A program made the translations under genes and the position numbers. From the NCBI GenBank assembly GCA_016185525.1, contig JACPNK010000006.1, positions 115,440-179,439 of the forward strand: a DNA stretch of 64,000 bases. Reading direction: 5' to 3'. The stretch's first letter is position 1. Every line of letters starts with the position of its first letter. The notes under the pieces are model-generated. The model was not told the origin of the DNA. It was given only the letters and a program-made list of their open reading frames with translations, and made no database searches. Source of the stretch: Candidatus Yanofskybacteria bacterium. Lineage in GTDB: Bacteria > Patescibacteriota > Minisyncoccia > 2-02-FULL-40-12 > IGHO2-12-FULL-4. This document shows positions 46,705 through 56,203 of the stretch, piece after piece.

Positions 46705-48285
46705 CTAGTAAGCGCCTTCAAATTTTGAAGGCTTTTTTAATGACAAAATTATAGCCGAATTCACGGCAAATATTAAAAATGCCCGTTCGTCAAAAAGCGC
46801 GGCATCGGTTAAAGAATAGAACAAAACCCAAATCGTGTAAAGAACAAAAGAGGCGCTGTAAACTTTATTGAAGATGTTGGTATTGCTCCAAAAAACAGCC
46901 AGCCCGCTTTTTAGTATTAATAAAAGAGTGCCTAAAACGGCCACTAATCCCAAAATTCCAATTTCGGCTGCTATTGTAAGATATAAGTTGTGGGCGGAAG
47001 ATCCGGCTTTGGCATATTCGGTTTCCTGTGACAAAACGACAGGATAGTTGCCTATTCCCACTCCCAACAAAGGTTTTTTGATAATTGAAGCAACCGAAGC
47101 TTTCCATATGGCTATGCGACCATTGTTTGACGTTTCTTCTAGGTCCAGTATTGAGCGTATTCGTTTAGCCAAGATTTCACTGCCGGTTTTTTTAATTTGG
47201 AATTGGTCTGAACCAAAAATTGGATAGGCCACCGAAAAAAGCATTGGGAACAAAACAAAAAACAGAGAAATGTATTTAAGAATATTTTTGTCAGATATAC
47301 TTTTGGAGAGTTTCAGTAAAAAAGGCAGTGTTACTATCGGTCCGAGAACTGCCAACCAGATTCCTCTGGTTCCGCTCAAGATGACCAGTAGAAAAAAAAT
47401 CGGTATTAGAATAACCAGCAAGGAAGCCCTGGTCTTAATCAGTTTTTTGAGTTGGGAAATCTGTCCGGTTTGAAAAACTTTTGTGAGGGAAAAGGCCAGA
47501 AGAGAGGGTATCGCCAGAAGCAAGAATATTGGAAAAGAATGCGAGTCGGGCAGGGTTGAAAAAATCCGCAAAGAAAGCTGGGGGCCGAAATAAGCAAACC
47601 AAGTATTTGCTTCTTGGGCCGTTTGCGACCAGGCAGAACCATAAAATCCCAGCTGGACCGAACCGGCCCAAAAGTCCATGAACTCATAAATTGAAACCAT
47701 GTAGGCGCTGATTAATTGCGCAACCGCAACAACAGCAACGATGACTCCGGAAAGTAAAATGTTTTTGACTAAATTTCTGGTTGTTTCCGGCTTTTTACGG
47801 ACCAAATCGTAAATGACAAAACCAATGAGGCTTAAGTTTGTAAAATATATTATTCTCTTTATCCCGCTGACTAAATCGTCGGCCGCTATCAGAGAGAATA
47901 AAGAAAACACTAAAACGACAAGGGCGAAGAAAGACAGCTGGTATTCCTGAAAATTGATGTTAAACGCCACCTCCCCGGAGAGTTTTTTTATTTGAACCAG
48001 TTTTTTTTCAGCAAAAAACCACTTTAAAAAAATAAGGCCTGAAGCAATCCGCCAGATATTAAAAGAGTCGAAGTATGGCGTTAAAGGAATTGCCACGAAA
48101 ATCGGCACGGATCTGACAAAAAAAGCGGTTGCTGTTTCCAGATCAGCCCACAAAACAAAAAAACCGGTCAAAATGGCAAGACCCAATATCGTATTTCTGG
48201 GAATTACTCCAAAGGCAACCAAAAAAACAACTACGACCTCAATTAAAAAAACTATATTGACGGGTTTTTTCAGCGTATTGAACAT
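46705..48285 (-). CDS. O-antigen ligase (Wzy_C/WaaL-like) family
   Basis: Many TMs; SGTRG, GRIAIW, PLLGVGIGNY, AHNLYL..AAEIG. Confidence 0.9.
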   Translation of the reverse strand: MFNTLKKPVNIVFLIEVVVVFLVAFGVIPRNTILGLAILTGFFVLWADLETATAFFVRSVPIFVAIPLTPYFDSFNIWRIASGLIFLKWFFAEKKLVQIKKLSGEVAFNINFQEYQLSFFALVVLVFSLFSLIAADDLVSGIKRIIYFTNLSLIGFVIYDLVRKKPETTRNLVKNILLSGVIVAVVAVAQLISAYMVSIYEFMDFWAGSVQLGFYGSAWSQTAQEANTWFAYFGPQLSLRIFSTLPDSHSFPIFLLLAIPSLLAFSLTKVFQTGQISQLKKLIKTRASLLVILIPIFFLLVILSGTRGIWLAVLGPIVTLPFLLKLSKSISDKNILKYISLFFVLFPMLFSVAYPIFGSDQFQIKKTGSEILAKRIRSILDLEETSNNGRIAIWKASVASIIKKPLLGVGIGNYPVVLSQETEYAKAGSSAHNLYLTIAAEIGILGLVAVLGTLLLILKSGLAVFWSNTNIFNKVYSASFVLYTIWVLFYSLTDAALFDERAFLIFAVNSAIILSLKKPSKFEGAY

Positions 48286-49397
48286 AGTTCTTTGAAGATT
48301 TGTATCAGTTTTTCAGTATGTTTTTCCCAGTTGAATTTTGATGTTATTCGCGGACTGTTCAGAATAACTTCTTCCATTTTCTGTCTGTTGTTTAACGCCC
48401 GTTCTATTGCCGACGCTATCTGCTGCGGGTCGGTCTCGTCTTGGACGAAAAAAGCGCTGCCTTCGTAAATTTCTTTGTTCAAATCGTTATTCTTAACCAG
48501 AGGCGGTGTGCCCAAGGCGAGAGCTTCAAGCGGAGGCAGTCCCATGGCTTCGGAGGTGGAAAGGTAAATAAACAGCTTGGCTCCGGCAATTAAAAATTTC
48601 AAATCTTCATCTTTGTCTATATAATCATAATGCATAACCCGCTGACCGCCTAATCTTTTATTGGTTTCTTGAATAAGACTTTTTAAAATCGGCGGATTGT
48701 ATTTGTCTTGGCCGACCAAAATTAGTTTCAGGTCTGGAAATTTATCCGCAAGTATTTCAAAAGCTTGAATTGTTTCTTTGGCTCTTCTGCGGGGTAAGGC
48801 TTGGCCGACATAGAGTAAATAGGTTCTAAGTTTTAGGTTATAGGTTATAGGCTTATTTGGTTGGTCTATGCCGAGATAATTCACCATTATTCTTTCGGGG
48901 GGGATTTTGAAGAGTTGAGAAATTTCTTTTTTGGCGGATTCAGTGAAAGTTGTGATTTTGGTGGCTCTTTTTGCCGCCCAGTTGCTGAAAAGCAGATAAC
49001 TTATGCGGTACTTCCAGGGATGGGTGCCGAATTTATATTCGTAGTAAACATCGTTGGTTAAAACCACTAAAGACTTACCCAAGAAAAAAAGAGGCAGCAT
49101 AAAACCGGGGAAAAAGGTTGCGTTAATTTTGTCGCGCAGGCAAGCCAAAGGCAAAAGAACGTGAAAGAATATATTATAAGATGGGCGCAGAAAAGGCAGT
49201 TTTAAAACCTTTTTTACGAAGATCGGATTGTTGAGATAGGGGTCGTCCGGGACGAACCCTTTGAAGTATAAGTAAAATTTGAACTCTTTTGCGAGTTCAG
49301 ATTTTTTTGATATCTCTTCCAGTATCTTTGATAAATGTCTGCCTATCCCCCATCTTTTATTTTCCAAATTGTGGCACTCTATGGCAATTTTATACAT
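48270..49397 (-). CDS. GT4 glycosyltransferase
   Basis: GIGRH, LLYVG, EAMGLPPLEA. Confidence 0.9.
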   Translation of the reverse strand: MYKIAIECHNLENKRWGIGRHLSKILEEISKKSELAKEFKFYLYFKGFVPDDPYLNNPIFVKKVLKLPFLRPSYNIFFHVLLPLACLRDKINATFFPGFMLPLFFLGKSLVVLTNDVYYEYKFGTHPWKYRISYLLFSNWAAKRATKITTFTESAKKEISQLFKIPPERIMVNYLGIDQPNKPITYNLKLRTYLLYVGQALPRRRAKETIQAFEILADKFPDLKLILVGQDKYNPPILKSLIQETNKRLGGQRVMHYDYIDKDEDLKFLIAGAKLFIYLSTSEAMGLPPLEALALGTPPLVKNNDLNKEIYEGSAFFVQDETDPQQIASAIERALNNRQKMEEVILNSPRITSKFNWEKHTEKLIQIFKELCSIR

Positions 49398-49440
49398 AAG
49401 TCGTTGTGGAATTAGAGGAGCTATCGCTACATAATTTTGG

Positions 49441-50397
49441 TTATTTTGGAACAATCGCTCCGAATTTATTTTTATAAAAATCCAACACACCTTCTATGAT
49501 GGCATCGGCGGCGGGTGCTTTAGACGGCATAACAAACATTTTAACCAAATTTTTCAAAACGATATAACCTGACCAGAAAATCAAAAAAGGCTTAACTGTC
49601 CAAGGCGCGTTTAAGCTGTTGAATATCAGGGCGTTTCTCGAGTGGTAGCGTAAAACAATAGGCGAACCGAGTTTTTTTGTGGTTGCGGAAACTTTGTGGT
49701 GGACTATGGCTTCCGGGACAATTTTCAGCTCATAGCCGGCTAACTGGGCTCTTATATTTAAATCCGCATCCTCAAAATACAGAAAATAAATTTCGTCAAA
49801 ACCTTTGATTTTTTCCAGCACCTCTTTTTTAACTAGCATAGCCGCGCCGATTACATATTCTTTTGGTTTAAGGTATTTTTCGGCTGGTGGTGTGCTGGAA
49901 TGAGTTAGCTCTGTTTTCAGCCAAGAGATTTTACCAAAGTAAGCTGTTTTCTGGCCTTCTTTGATTGCTGGTCCGATTATGCCGACTGTTGGGTCGGTCT
50001 CTGCTGCGGCGATCAGTTTTTTTAAAACATCCGGCTCAACCACGGTGTCGTTGTTTAAAATAAAAATACAATCGGCTCCTTTTTCTAGGGCATATTTTAT
50101 ACCAACATTGTTTCCGCCGGCGTAGCCCAGGTTGGAGGGGTTTGTTATAAGTTTTAAGTTATAAGTTTTAGGATTAACTTGACTTTCTGTATAACTTTTG
50201 ATATTATTAACTTCAGCTTCGTTTGAAGCGTTGTCCACTACGACAATTCTAAAGTTTGGATAATCTAGTTCTTTTAAAGATTCCAAACACTCCAAGGTGT
50301 CTTGGGAGTTGTTGTATTGGAGAACGATTATGAAAACAGAAGGAGGAAACATGATTGGTGCTGTTTTATTTATTTTTGTTTGCATTATTTTGCTCAA
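49441..50397 (-). CDS. GT2 glycosyltransferase
   Basis: VVDNAS, NLGYAGGNN, LNND, FLYFEDAD; start uncertain. Confidence 0.9.
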   Translation of the reverse strand: MSKIMQTKINKTAPIMFPPSVFIIVLQYNNSQDTLECLESLKELDYPNFRIVVVDNASNEAEVNNIKSYTESQVNPKTYNLKLITNPSNLGYAGGNNVGIKYALEKGADCIFILNNDTVVEPDVLKKLIAAAETDPTVGIIGPAIKEGQKTAYFGKISWLKTELTHSSTPPAEKYLKPKEYVIGAAMLVKKEVLEKIKGFDEIYFLYFEDADLNIRAQLAGYELKIVPEAIVHHKVSATTKKLGSPIVLRYHSRNALIFNSLNAPWTVKPFLIFWSGYIVLKNLVKMFVMPSKAPAADAIIEGVLDFYKNKFGAIVPK

Positions 50398-50432
50398 GAT
50401 TCTTTCGATTTTTGAAGACCTATCTTAACTAC

Positions 50433-52901
50433 TTAGTTCTTGTGAAAGACAAAATTCTTTATTTCTTCCTTAAATCTCTGCCGAGAAAATTTCTCGGCAG
50501 AGATTTTTATTTCTTCCGGATGGTAACTTTCATAATTTTCATTCAATCTTCTGACTCCATCAGCTAAAACTGCCGGATGCGGGTCTTCAAAAAACTCGCC
50601 ATTTATGCCCTCTTCAATATACTCCAAAGCCCCGCCTCTTTTCAAAGCTAAAACCGGTTTGCCAAATTGCATGGCCTCAAGAGGTGTTAAGCCAAAGTCT
50701 TCTTCTTGGGGCATAATAAAAGCTTTTGCGCCTTGGTAGTATTTTATCAAATCTTCGTCCGAAACCTCTCCCGCCATTTTTATCATTTTTTTGTTTTCAA
50801 TCATAGACTTCAATTTTTTATACTCCGGCCCACTGCCCACTATCACCAAAGGCAGTTCAAGTTTGTTGAAGGCTCGTATGGCAATATCAATATTTTTGTG
50901 AGGAAACAAGCGAGAGACGATTAAGAAATAATCTTTAAGACTTGAGTCACAGTGCTTCGCACTTTCGCAGAAAGTGCCTGGCTCTTGACAAGACGAGCCG
51001 CTTTGCGCGATGAGAAAATCTCGCTGGGATTTTCGAAGGTCCGAAGAAGTACTGTGATGAAAGTCTTGTGTGGGCGGATAAATTACTATTGAATCGCGGT
51101 TATAGTATTTCTTAATCCTCTGCTGAACATTTTTTGAAATAGCGATAAATTCGTCAACTCTGTCTGCCGCGCTTCTGTCCCAAATCCTCAAAAAATGCTG
51201 AAGTATGCTTATTCTGAAATTTTGCGTTTTTCGTTTTTCGCTTTGCGTTTGGTACTCCTTGTTCCAATCCCACAAAAATCTTGTCGGGCTGTAGCAATAG
51301 CAAATATGCCTGGTTTTGGGTTTTAAAATCAGGCCTTTAGAGAAAGCTATGGAAGAAGATATGACCAGGTCGTATTGACTCAAATCAAAAGACTCGGCCG
51401 CAACAGGCAAGAGGGGCAAAAAAAGTTTGTGGTTTACGAATTTCAGTTTGTAAAGTTTTTGTAAAAAAGAGCTCTTAATCTTTGCTTCCGGCAAGAATTT
51501 GTCGGTAAATTTTTTGTTATAAAAAAAAGTGTAAATCGGCGCTTCCGGGAACATTTCATGCAAAACTTTCAGCACTCTTTCCGCTCCACCCAAACTCAAA
51601 ATCCAATCGTGGACAAGGGCTATTTTTTTGTTTTTTTCTGAATTTGCCGGCATAATTTTGGGTTCAATATTGTTGCTTTGACCAGCTTGTTTCCCCTGAA
51701 ATGTTTTTATAACCAGGTACATGTACAGTAGTGTTATTGGCAAAGATTTGCCTGCAATCATCAGGCTTCTAAGGACTTCTGTATTATTTTTGTGCCAAAA
51801 AAAGTATAAGGTTGGAGAGGCTAAAAGCAGCCATATCGTAAAAATGAAGATTTTTTCTTTTCGACTGACGCTAAGCAAGAAAGTAAGAGCAACTATGGGC
51901 GCAAGAAAAGCCAAGAGGCTCTCCCAGACTTCTTTATAGAAAATAAAGGGGGAAAGCGCCAGAAGCAAGGGGAAATAAAGTTCTGACTTTGAATTGTTAT
52001 TCTTAAATAAGTAAACGATCGGAACGATGCTGGCGATGGAGACCAAAACAATCCCCAGGACTTTATACAGAATGTAATGTTTATCGTAAAAAAGTTCTCC
52101 AACGAAAGCCGGTAGTCCGAAGTTATCAATGTAGTGAACTTGCCAGCCGATACGTTCTTTGTCTGTAAGGAATCCGAATGCCTTTTTGGCGGAAGCAATA
52201 AAGCTGTCTGATGGCGGATCTTTAAAATAAATAAGGTAAAGTATGGTAAACGCGGCAATTCCTAAAAAATAAAATATGGCTTTATAGTTTTTTTTCTTGA
52301 AATAGTAAAAAATTCCAAATATAAAGATAGGTTTTGTTATTATGCTGCTCAACCAACCGAAAACTGAAACTCCGTTTTTTTTAGAAACTACGCCCCAGAA
52401 GAAAATTAAAAAAAACAAACCGGCCAAAGAGTTGTACTGTCCCATTCTCCAATCAGATTGGTAGCTCCAAAAAATCCAGTAAAGTCCGACAGATAAAATT
52501 ATTTGCCAAGCATCTTTTTTTAAAGTTAACCCAATTTTTGTTATAAAAACTAACCCAAAAATTAGAATCGCAGCCTGAAGAAGGATGACATAATAGCGAT
52601 AAAATGTTTCAAAGGAAACCTTCTCTGTTAGAGGACTTGCCAGAATTGGCAGAATCGGCAAGTATTTCCAAGGAAAATAGTCGTTTGTGAACAGAGTTTC
52701 TTGAGCGCTTTGGCCGTAAATAAAATTACCACTTCCAAAATTTTTGCCGGCTTGGTACAAAGATTGGAAGTCCTCACCAATGGCTGCGCATAAGGTATAT
52801 CCAAGGTCCGAACAAGAAAACTGCCAAAACTGGAGAATGCTTAGAAGGTACAGTGTGGAAATTACGGCTATGATTAGAAATATTTTTCTAGAATCGGTCA
52901 T
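50433..52901 (-). CDS. Membrane GT-C (GT87/DUF2029-like) fused in-frame to a GT4 glycosyltransferase
   Basis: N-half polytopic with EDF..LYQA, YLP, GQ; C-half IALVHDW, GGAERV, EDFGLTPLEA. Confidence 0.75.
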   Translation of the reverse strand: MTDSRKIFLIIAVISTLYLLSILQFWQFSCSDLGYTLCAAIGEDFQSLYQAGKNFGSGNFIYGQSAQETLFTNDYFPWKYLPILPILASPLTEKVSFETFYRYYVILLQAAILIFGLVFITKIGLTLKKDAWQIILSVGLYWIFWSYQSDWRMGQYNSLAGLFFLIFFWGVVSKKNGVSVFGWLSSIITKPIFIFGIFYYFKKKNYKAIFYFLGIAAFTILYLIYFKDPPSDSFIASAKKAFGFLTDKERIGWQVHYIDNFGLPAFVGELFYDKHYILYKVLGIVLVSIASIVPIVYLFKNNNSKSELYFPLLLALSPFIFYKEVWESLLAFLAPIVALTFLLSVSRKEKIFIFTIWLLLASPTLYFFWHKNNTEVLRSLMIAGKSLPITLLYMYLVIKTFQGKQAGQSNNIEPKIMPANSEKNKKIALVHDWILSLGGAERVLKVLHEMFPEAPIYTFFYNKKFTDKFLPEAKIKSSFLQKLYKLKFVNHKLFLPLLPVAAESFDLSQYDLVISSSIAFSKGLILKPKTRHICYCYSPTRFLWDWNKEYQTQSEKRKTQNFRISILQHFLRIWDRSAADRVDEFIAISKNVQQRIKKYYNRDSIVIYPPTQDFHHSTSSDLRKSQRDFLIAQSGSSCQEPGTFCESAKHCDSSLKDYFLIVSRLFPHKNIDIAIRAFNKLELPLVIVGSGPEYKKLKSMIENKKMIKMAGEVSDEDLIKYYQGAKAFIMPQEEDFGLTPLEAMQFGKPVLALKRGGALEYIEEGINGEFFEDPHPAVLADGVRRLNENYESYHPEEIKISAEKFSRQRFKEEIKNFVFHKN
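50937..51067. repeat. 131-bp multi-hairpin element in-frame in the GT4 domain
   Basis: AAGACTT/AAGTCTT and TCACAGTGCTTC/GAAGTACTGTGA ends enclose three internal hairpins. Confidence 0.75.
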
Positions 52902-52915
52902 TTTGAAACCGATAG

Positions 52916-53923
52916 TTATCTTTTGGTCATGATGTTTCTCTTGTAAACATCAAGATTGTTTAACACAACACCGGTGCCTTTTGAGACGCAGAGCAGTGGG
53001 TCGTCAGCTATGCGGCAGACTACGCCGGTGACTTTGGTTACCAAGGTGTCTATGTTTTTTAGCAATGCTCCTCCGCCGGAAATTACGATGCCTTTGTCAA
53101 CGATGTCAGAACATAACTCCGGAGGCGTGTCCTGCAGGACAGTTTTAATGGTCTGGACTATTTCTCTTAACTGTTCTTGCATTGCTTCGGTGATTTCGTT
53201 TGAGCTGATTTCCACGGTTTTCGGATAACCGGAAGTCAAGTCTCTGCCTCTGACATTTATTTTTTCTTCAGCGCTTTGCTTAACAGCGCTGCCTATGGCT
53301 ATTTTAATTAATTCAGCTGTTCTGTCGCCGATTGCCAAGCTGTGCCTCTTTTTTATGTAATCAACTATTGCTTCGTCAATCCTGTTGCCACCCACCCTGG
53401 CAGACGCGGCATTGACTATGCCGCCAAGGCTGATAATCGCCACTTCGGTAGTGCCGCCGCCGATATTTAATATCATGTTGCCGGAGGAGCTGTTTATGGA
53501 GATTTTGGCTCCGATGGCGGCCAAAACAGGTTCTTTAACCAGATAAGCCGCTTTGGCGCCGGCATTGATGGTTGCTTCAATAACCGCCCGTCTTTCGGTA
53601 GAGGTAATGCCTGCCGGCACCGAGATTAAAACTTCAGGCTTAACTAAGCCTATCTTGCCGACTGCTTTTTTAATGAAGTATCTCAACATGGCTTCAGTGA
53701 CCCTGTAGTCGGCAATAACCCCGTCTTTTAGGGGTCTGGAGACGACGATACTGTCGGGGGCCCGGCCTATCATTTCCTTGGCTTCGTTGCCTACAGCAAT
53801 GATTTTGTTGTCAAGAACTGAAATAGAAACAACTGACGGTTCGTTTACAATGATGCCCTTTTTGGGCAAAAAAACCAGTGTGTTGGTTGTGCCCAAATCA
53901 ATACCGATTTTCTTTACAAACAT
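52916..53923 (-). CDS. mreB: Rod shape-determining protein MreB
   Basis: GIDLGTTNT, EPSVV, RPLKDGVIAD, IGGGTTE, SGGGALL. Confidence 0.97.
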   Translation of the reverse strand: MFVKKIGIDLGTTNTLVFLPKKGIIVNEPSVVSISVLDNKIIAVGNEAKEMIGRAPDSIVVSRPLKDGVIADYRVTEAMLRYFIKKAVGKIGLVKPEVLISVPAGITSTERRAVIEATINAGAKAAYLVKEPVLAAIGAKISINSSSGNMILNIGGGTTEVAIISLGGIVNAASARVGGNRIDEAIVDYIKKRHSLAIGDRTAELIKIAIGSAVKQSAEEKINVRGRDLTSGYPKTVEISSNEITEAMQEQLREIVQTIKTVLQDTPPELCSDIVDKGIVISGGGALLKNIDTLVTKVTGVVCRIADDPLLCVSKGTGVVLNNLDVYKRNIMTKR

Positions 53924-53997
53924 ACAAGTCAGCCTATATATTATTTAGCCTTTAAACAATCTTTACAAAGATAGTTTTTTAGTTCATAATAGGTTAA

Positions 53998-54834
53998 ATG
54001 ACACGAAAAACCAGAAAACTTATTTTTTATCTCTCTGTACTTGTCTTTCTTTTGATGGGCACACTGATTCTTTCCTTTGCTTTTGGTTTTAGATATGACT
54101 TTCAAAATAACAGATTGATCAAGACGGGTTCCATAGTTATAAAAACAAATGTGTCTGCTAAAATCTATGTTGACGACAAGCTTGAGGGCGAAACCTCTTT
54201 TTTCAGCGGCACTTTCTCAAAAAAGAACCTTCTGCCCGGCAAATACAGTTTAAAGATACAAAAAAACGGCTACCAAACTTGGCAGAAGTCCGTAATGGTG
54301 GAAGAAGGCCTCATTTCTTACTTCGGGAATGTGTTTCTGCCGTTAAACGAACCGAAAGAAGAAACTCTTGCTTCCAGGGAAATTCTGGACGAGTATTTGG
54401 AGTCTTTAAAATTAAAAGTAGAGGTTCCCGCTATTTTCGATTTACCCGAAAAAGGGGTAGTTGGTTTTTCTGTTTTTTCCGGCGAGTCGGCCGTTGTTTG
54501 GGCAACCAACCATGAGATTTGGATTTTGTGGAGTAGAAATACGGACTACCAGCCAATAAGAAAAGCCGGTGAAAAAGAACTGGTTACCAGACTTTCCGGA
54601 AATATTAAAAGTGTTTATTGGCACAAAAGCGGGGGTTATGTGTTTCTTCGTCTTGGGACCAAGTTTATAATGCTGGAAACGGATGTGCGTGGCGGGGTCA
54701 ACACATACACCCTCTATGACAATCTGGGGGTTAAAGATATTGTCTGGTACGACTCCGGTCTTGATAAAATTTTCAAATACCAAAACAGCAACCTGCCTAC
54801 CGGTCAGGCAGGCTTGTTTGCCGTTGATTTGTAA
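53998..54834 (+). CDS. PEGA domain membrane protein
   Basis: TM, KTGSIVIKT, LLPGKYSLKIQKNGYQTWQK. Confidence 0.85.
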   Translation: MTRKTRKLIFYLSVLVFLLMGTLILSFAFGFRYDFQNNRLIKTGSIVIKTNVSAKIYVDDKLEGETSFFSGTFSKKNLLPGKYSLKIQKNGYQTWQKSVMVEEGLISYFGNVFLPLNEPKEETLASREILDEYLESLKLKVEVPAIFDLPEKGVVGFSVFSGESAVVWATNHEIWILWSRNTDYQPIRKAGEKELVTRLSGNIKSVYWHKSGGYVFLRLGTKFIMLETDVRGGVNTYTLYDNLGVKDIVWYDSGLDKIFKYQNSNLPTGQAGLFAVDL

Positions 54835-54846
54835 AGATTTGTTTAT

Positions 54847-55011
54847 ACTATCGTTTCGCCCAATGTGGCGTCGTCAAGACAATGACTCGCCAAGCCTAGC
54901 ATTGTCTTGACTCTTTAAAACCTAGCGGTTTTAATATTTCCACCTTGGGGGAACACCCAGTTCCCCCATCGCCCCCTCTGCTCCGCAGTGGGCTCACTAT
55001 CGTTTCGCCCA
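54847..55011. other. Structured 149-bp insert bounded by a duplicated rpsI 3' end
   Basis: ACTATCGTTTCGCCCA identical at 54847-54862 and 54996-55011; four hairpins in between or overlapping. Confidence 0.75.
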
Positions 55012-55506
55012 CTGCGGAGCTTTTCTGGCTTTCTTTAAGCCGTATTTGCGTCTCTCTTTTTCTCTGGGGTCTCTTGTCAGGTAACCTGACTTTTTGAGTT
55101 TCTTGGCAAAATTGGCGTCAAACAAAACCAACGCTCTTGATAAGCCGTGGCGTATAGCTTCCGCTTGTCCTCTGATTCCGCCGCCGGAGACTTTGACGGT
55201 GGCTTTGAAACGATTTACTGATTTGAGCTTTTTAAGCGGCGAGTCCGCTAAATTTTTTAATTCTTCGTTCCCTTGAAAATAGGATAAGTAATCTTTACCG
55301 TTCACCGTGATTAGAGCGTTGTCTTCCCCGCTGTTTTCGTCGCTGGCCTTTTTTGTATAAATCCTAACCCTGGCAGTCGCGTTTTTCCTCCGGCCGACAG
55401 TTGCGTAATATTTTTCTTCAGTTTTCACAGCCTCTTCTTTTACCGGTTCTGTTTTTTCCGGAGCCGGTTTTGCTTTTTTTGTTGTTTTTGTTTTTGTTGC
55501 AGCCAT
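54997..55506 (-). CDS. rpsI: 30S ribosomal protein S9
   Basis: [51 protein letters not shown]. Confidence 0.97.
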   Translation of the reverse strand: MAATKTKTTKKAKPAPEKTEPVKEEAVKTEEKYYATVGRRKNATARVRIYTKKASDENSGEDNALITVNGKDYLSYFQGNEELKNLADSPLKKLKSVNRFKATVKVSGGGIRGQAEAIRHGLSRALVLFDANFAKKLKKSGYLTRDPREKERRKYGLKKARKAPQWAKR

Positions 55507-55841
55507 TAGTTTATGATAAGATTTTTAATTATCTTGCTTCGCATTTTGTTTTTTGGCAACATTCTGTAGACTGCTGATTTGAAAACTTTTGCTGGATTCT
55601 TGTAAAATTCTTCTCCCAGTTTTCTGGTTTTCATGCCTCCCGGAAAACCCGAATAATGAAAATATTTTTTTTGCGCTTCTTTTTTGCCGGAAAAGGATAG
55701 TTGTTTTATATTTTCTATAACAACTTTTTCTTCTGGGGCAATGTTGGGTTCGAAATCGGCTTTATTTTTGCCTCTCAAAAGCACGGCAACTTCAGTTGCT
55801 AAACGCCCGAATATTTTATTTGCCGCGTCAAGCTTTTGCAT
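55506..55841 (-). CDS. rplM: 50S ribosomal protein L13
   Basis: [29 protein letters not shown]. Confidence 0.95.
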   Translation of the reverse strand: MQKLDAANKIFGRLATEVAVLLRGKNKADFEPNIAPEEKVVIENIKQLSFSGKKEAQKKYFHYSGFPGGMKTRKLGEEFYKNPAKVFKSAVYRMLPKNKMRSKIIKNLIIN

Positions 55842-55849
55842 GATAAGTG

Positions 55850-56200
55850 TTATTTTATAAACTCTATAATAGCCATAGGCGAACCGTCGCTTTTGCGGGG
55901 AGCCAGTTTGGTTATTTTGGTGTAACCTCCTCCTCTGGACTGGTATCTGGGTCCCAAGATTTCCAGGATTTTTTTAGCCGTTTTTTTGTTTGTAAGCGAT
56001 ACCAACTGTCTAAGTTTTGACAAGCCTTTTTGTTTGCCTTTTGTGATCAACTTTTCAACGACAGGCCTCAAGCTTTTCGCTTTGGTTTCAGTTGTAACTA
56101 TTCTCTCACGCTGAATTAGAGACTCGGCGAGTCCTTGGATGAGGGCAGATCTTTGTTTTTTGGTTCTGCCGAAAATTTTACCTTTTTTTCTATGCTTCAT
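55850..56200 (-). CDS. rplQ: 50S ribosomal protein L17
   Basis: MKHRK, TTETKAK, RGGGYTKI, DGSPMA. Confidence 0.97.
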   Translation of the reverse strand: MKHRKKGKIFGRTKKQRSALIQGLAESLIQRERIVTTETKAKSLRPVVEKLITKGKQKGLSKLRQLVSLTNKKTAKKILEILGPRYQSRGGGYTKITKLAPRKSDGSPMAIIEFIK

Positions 56201-56203
56201 GGC

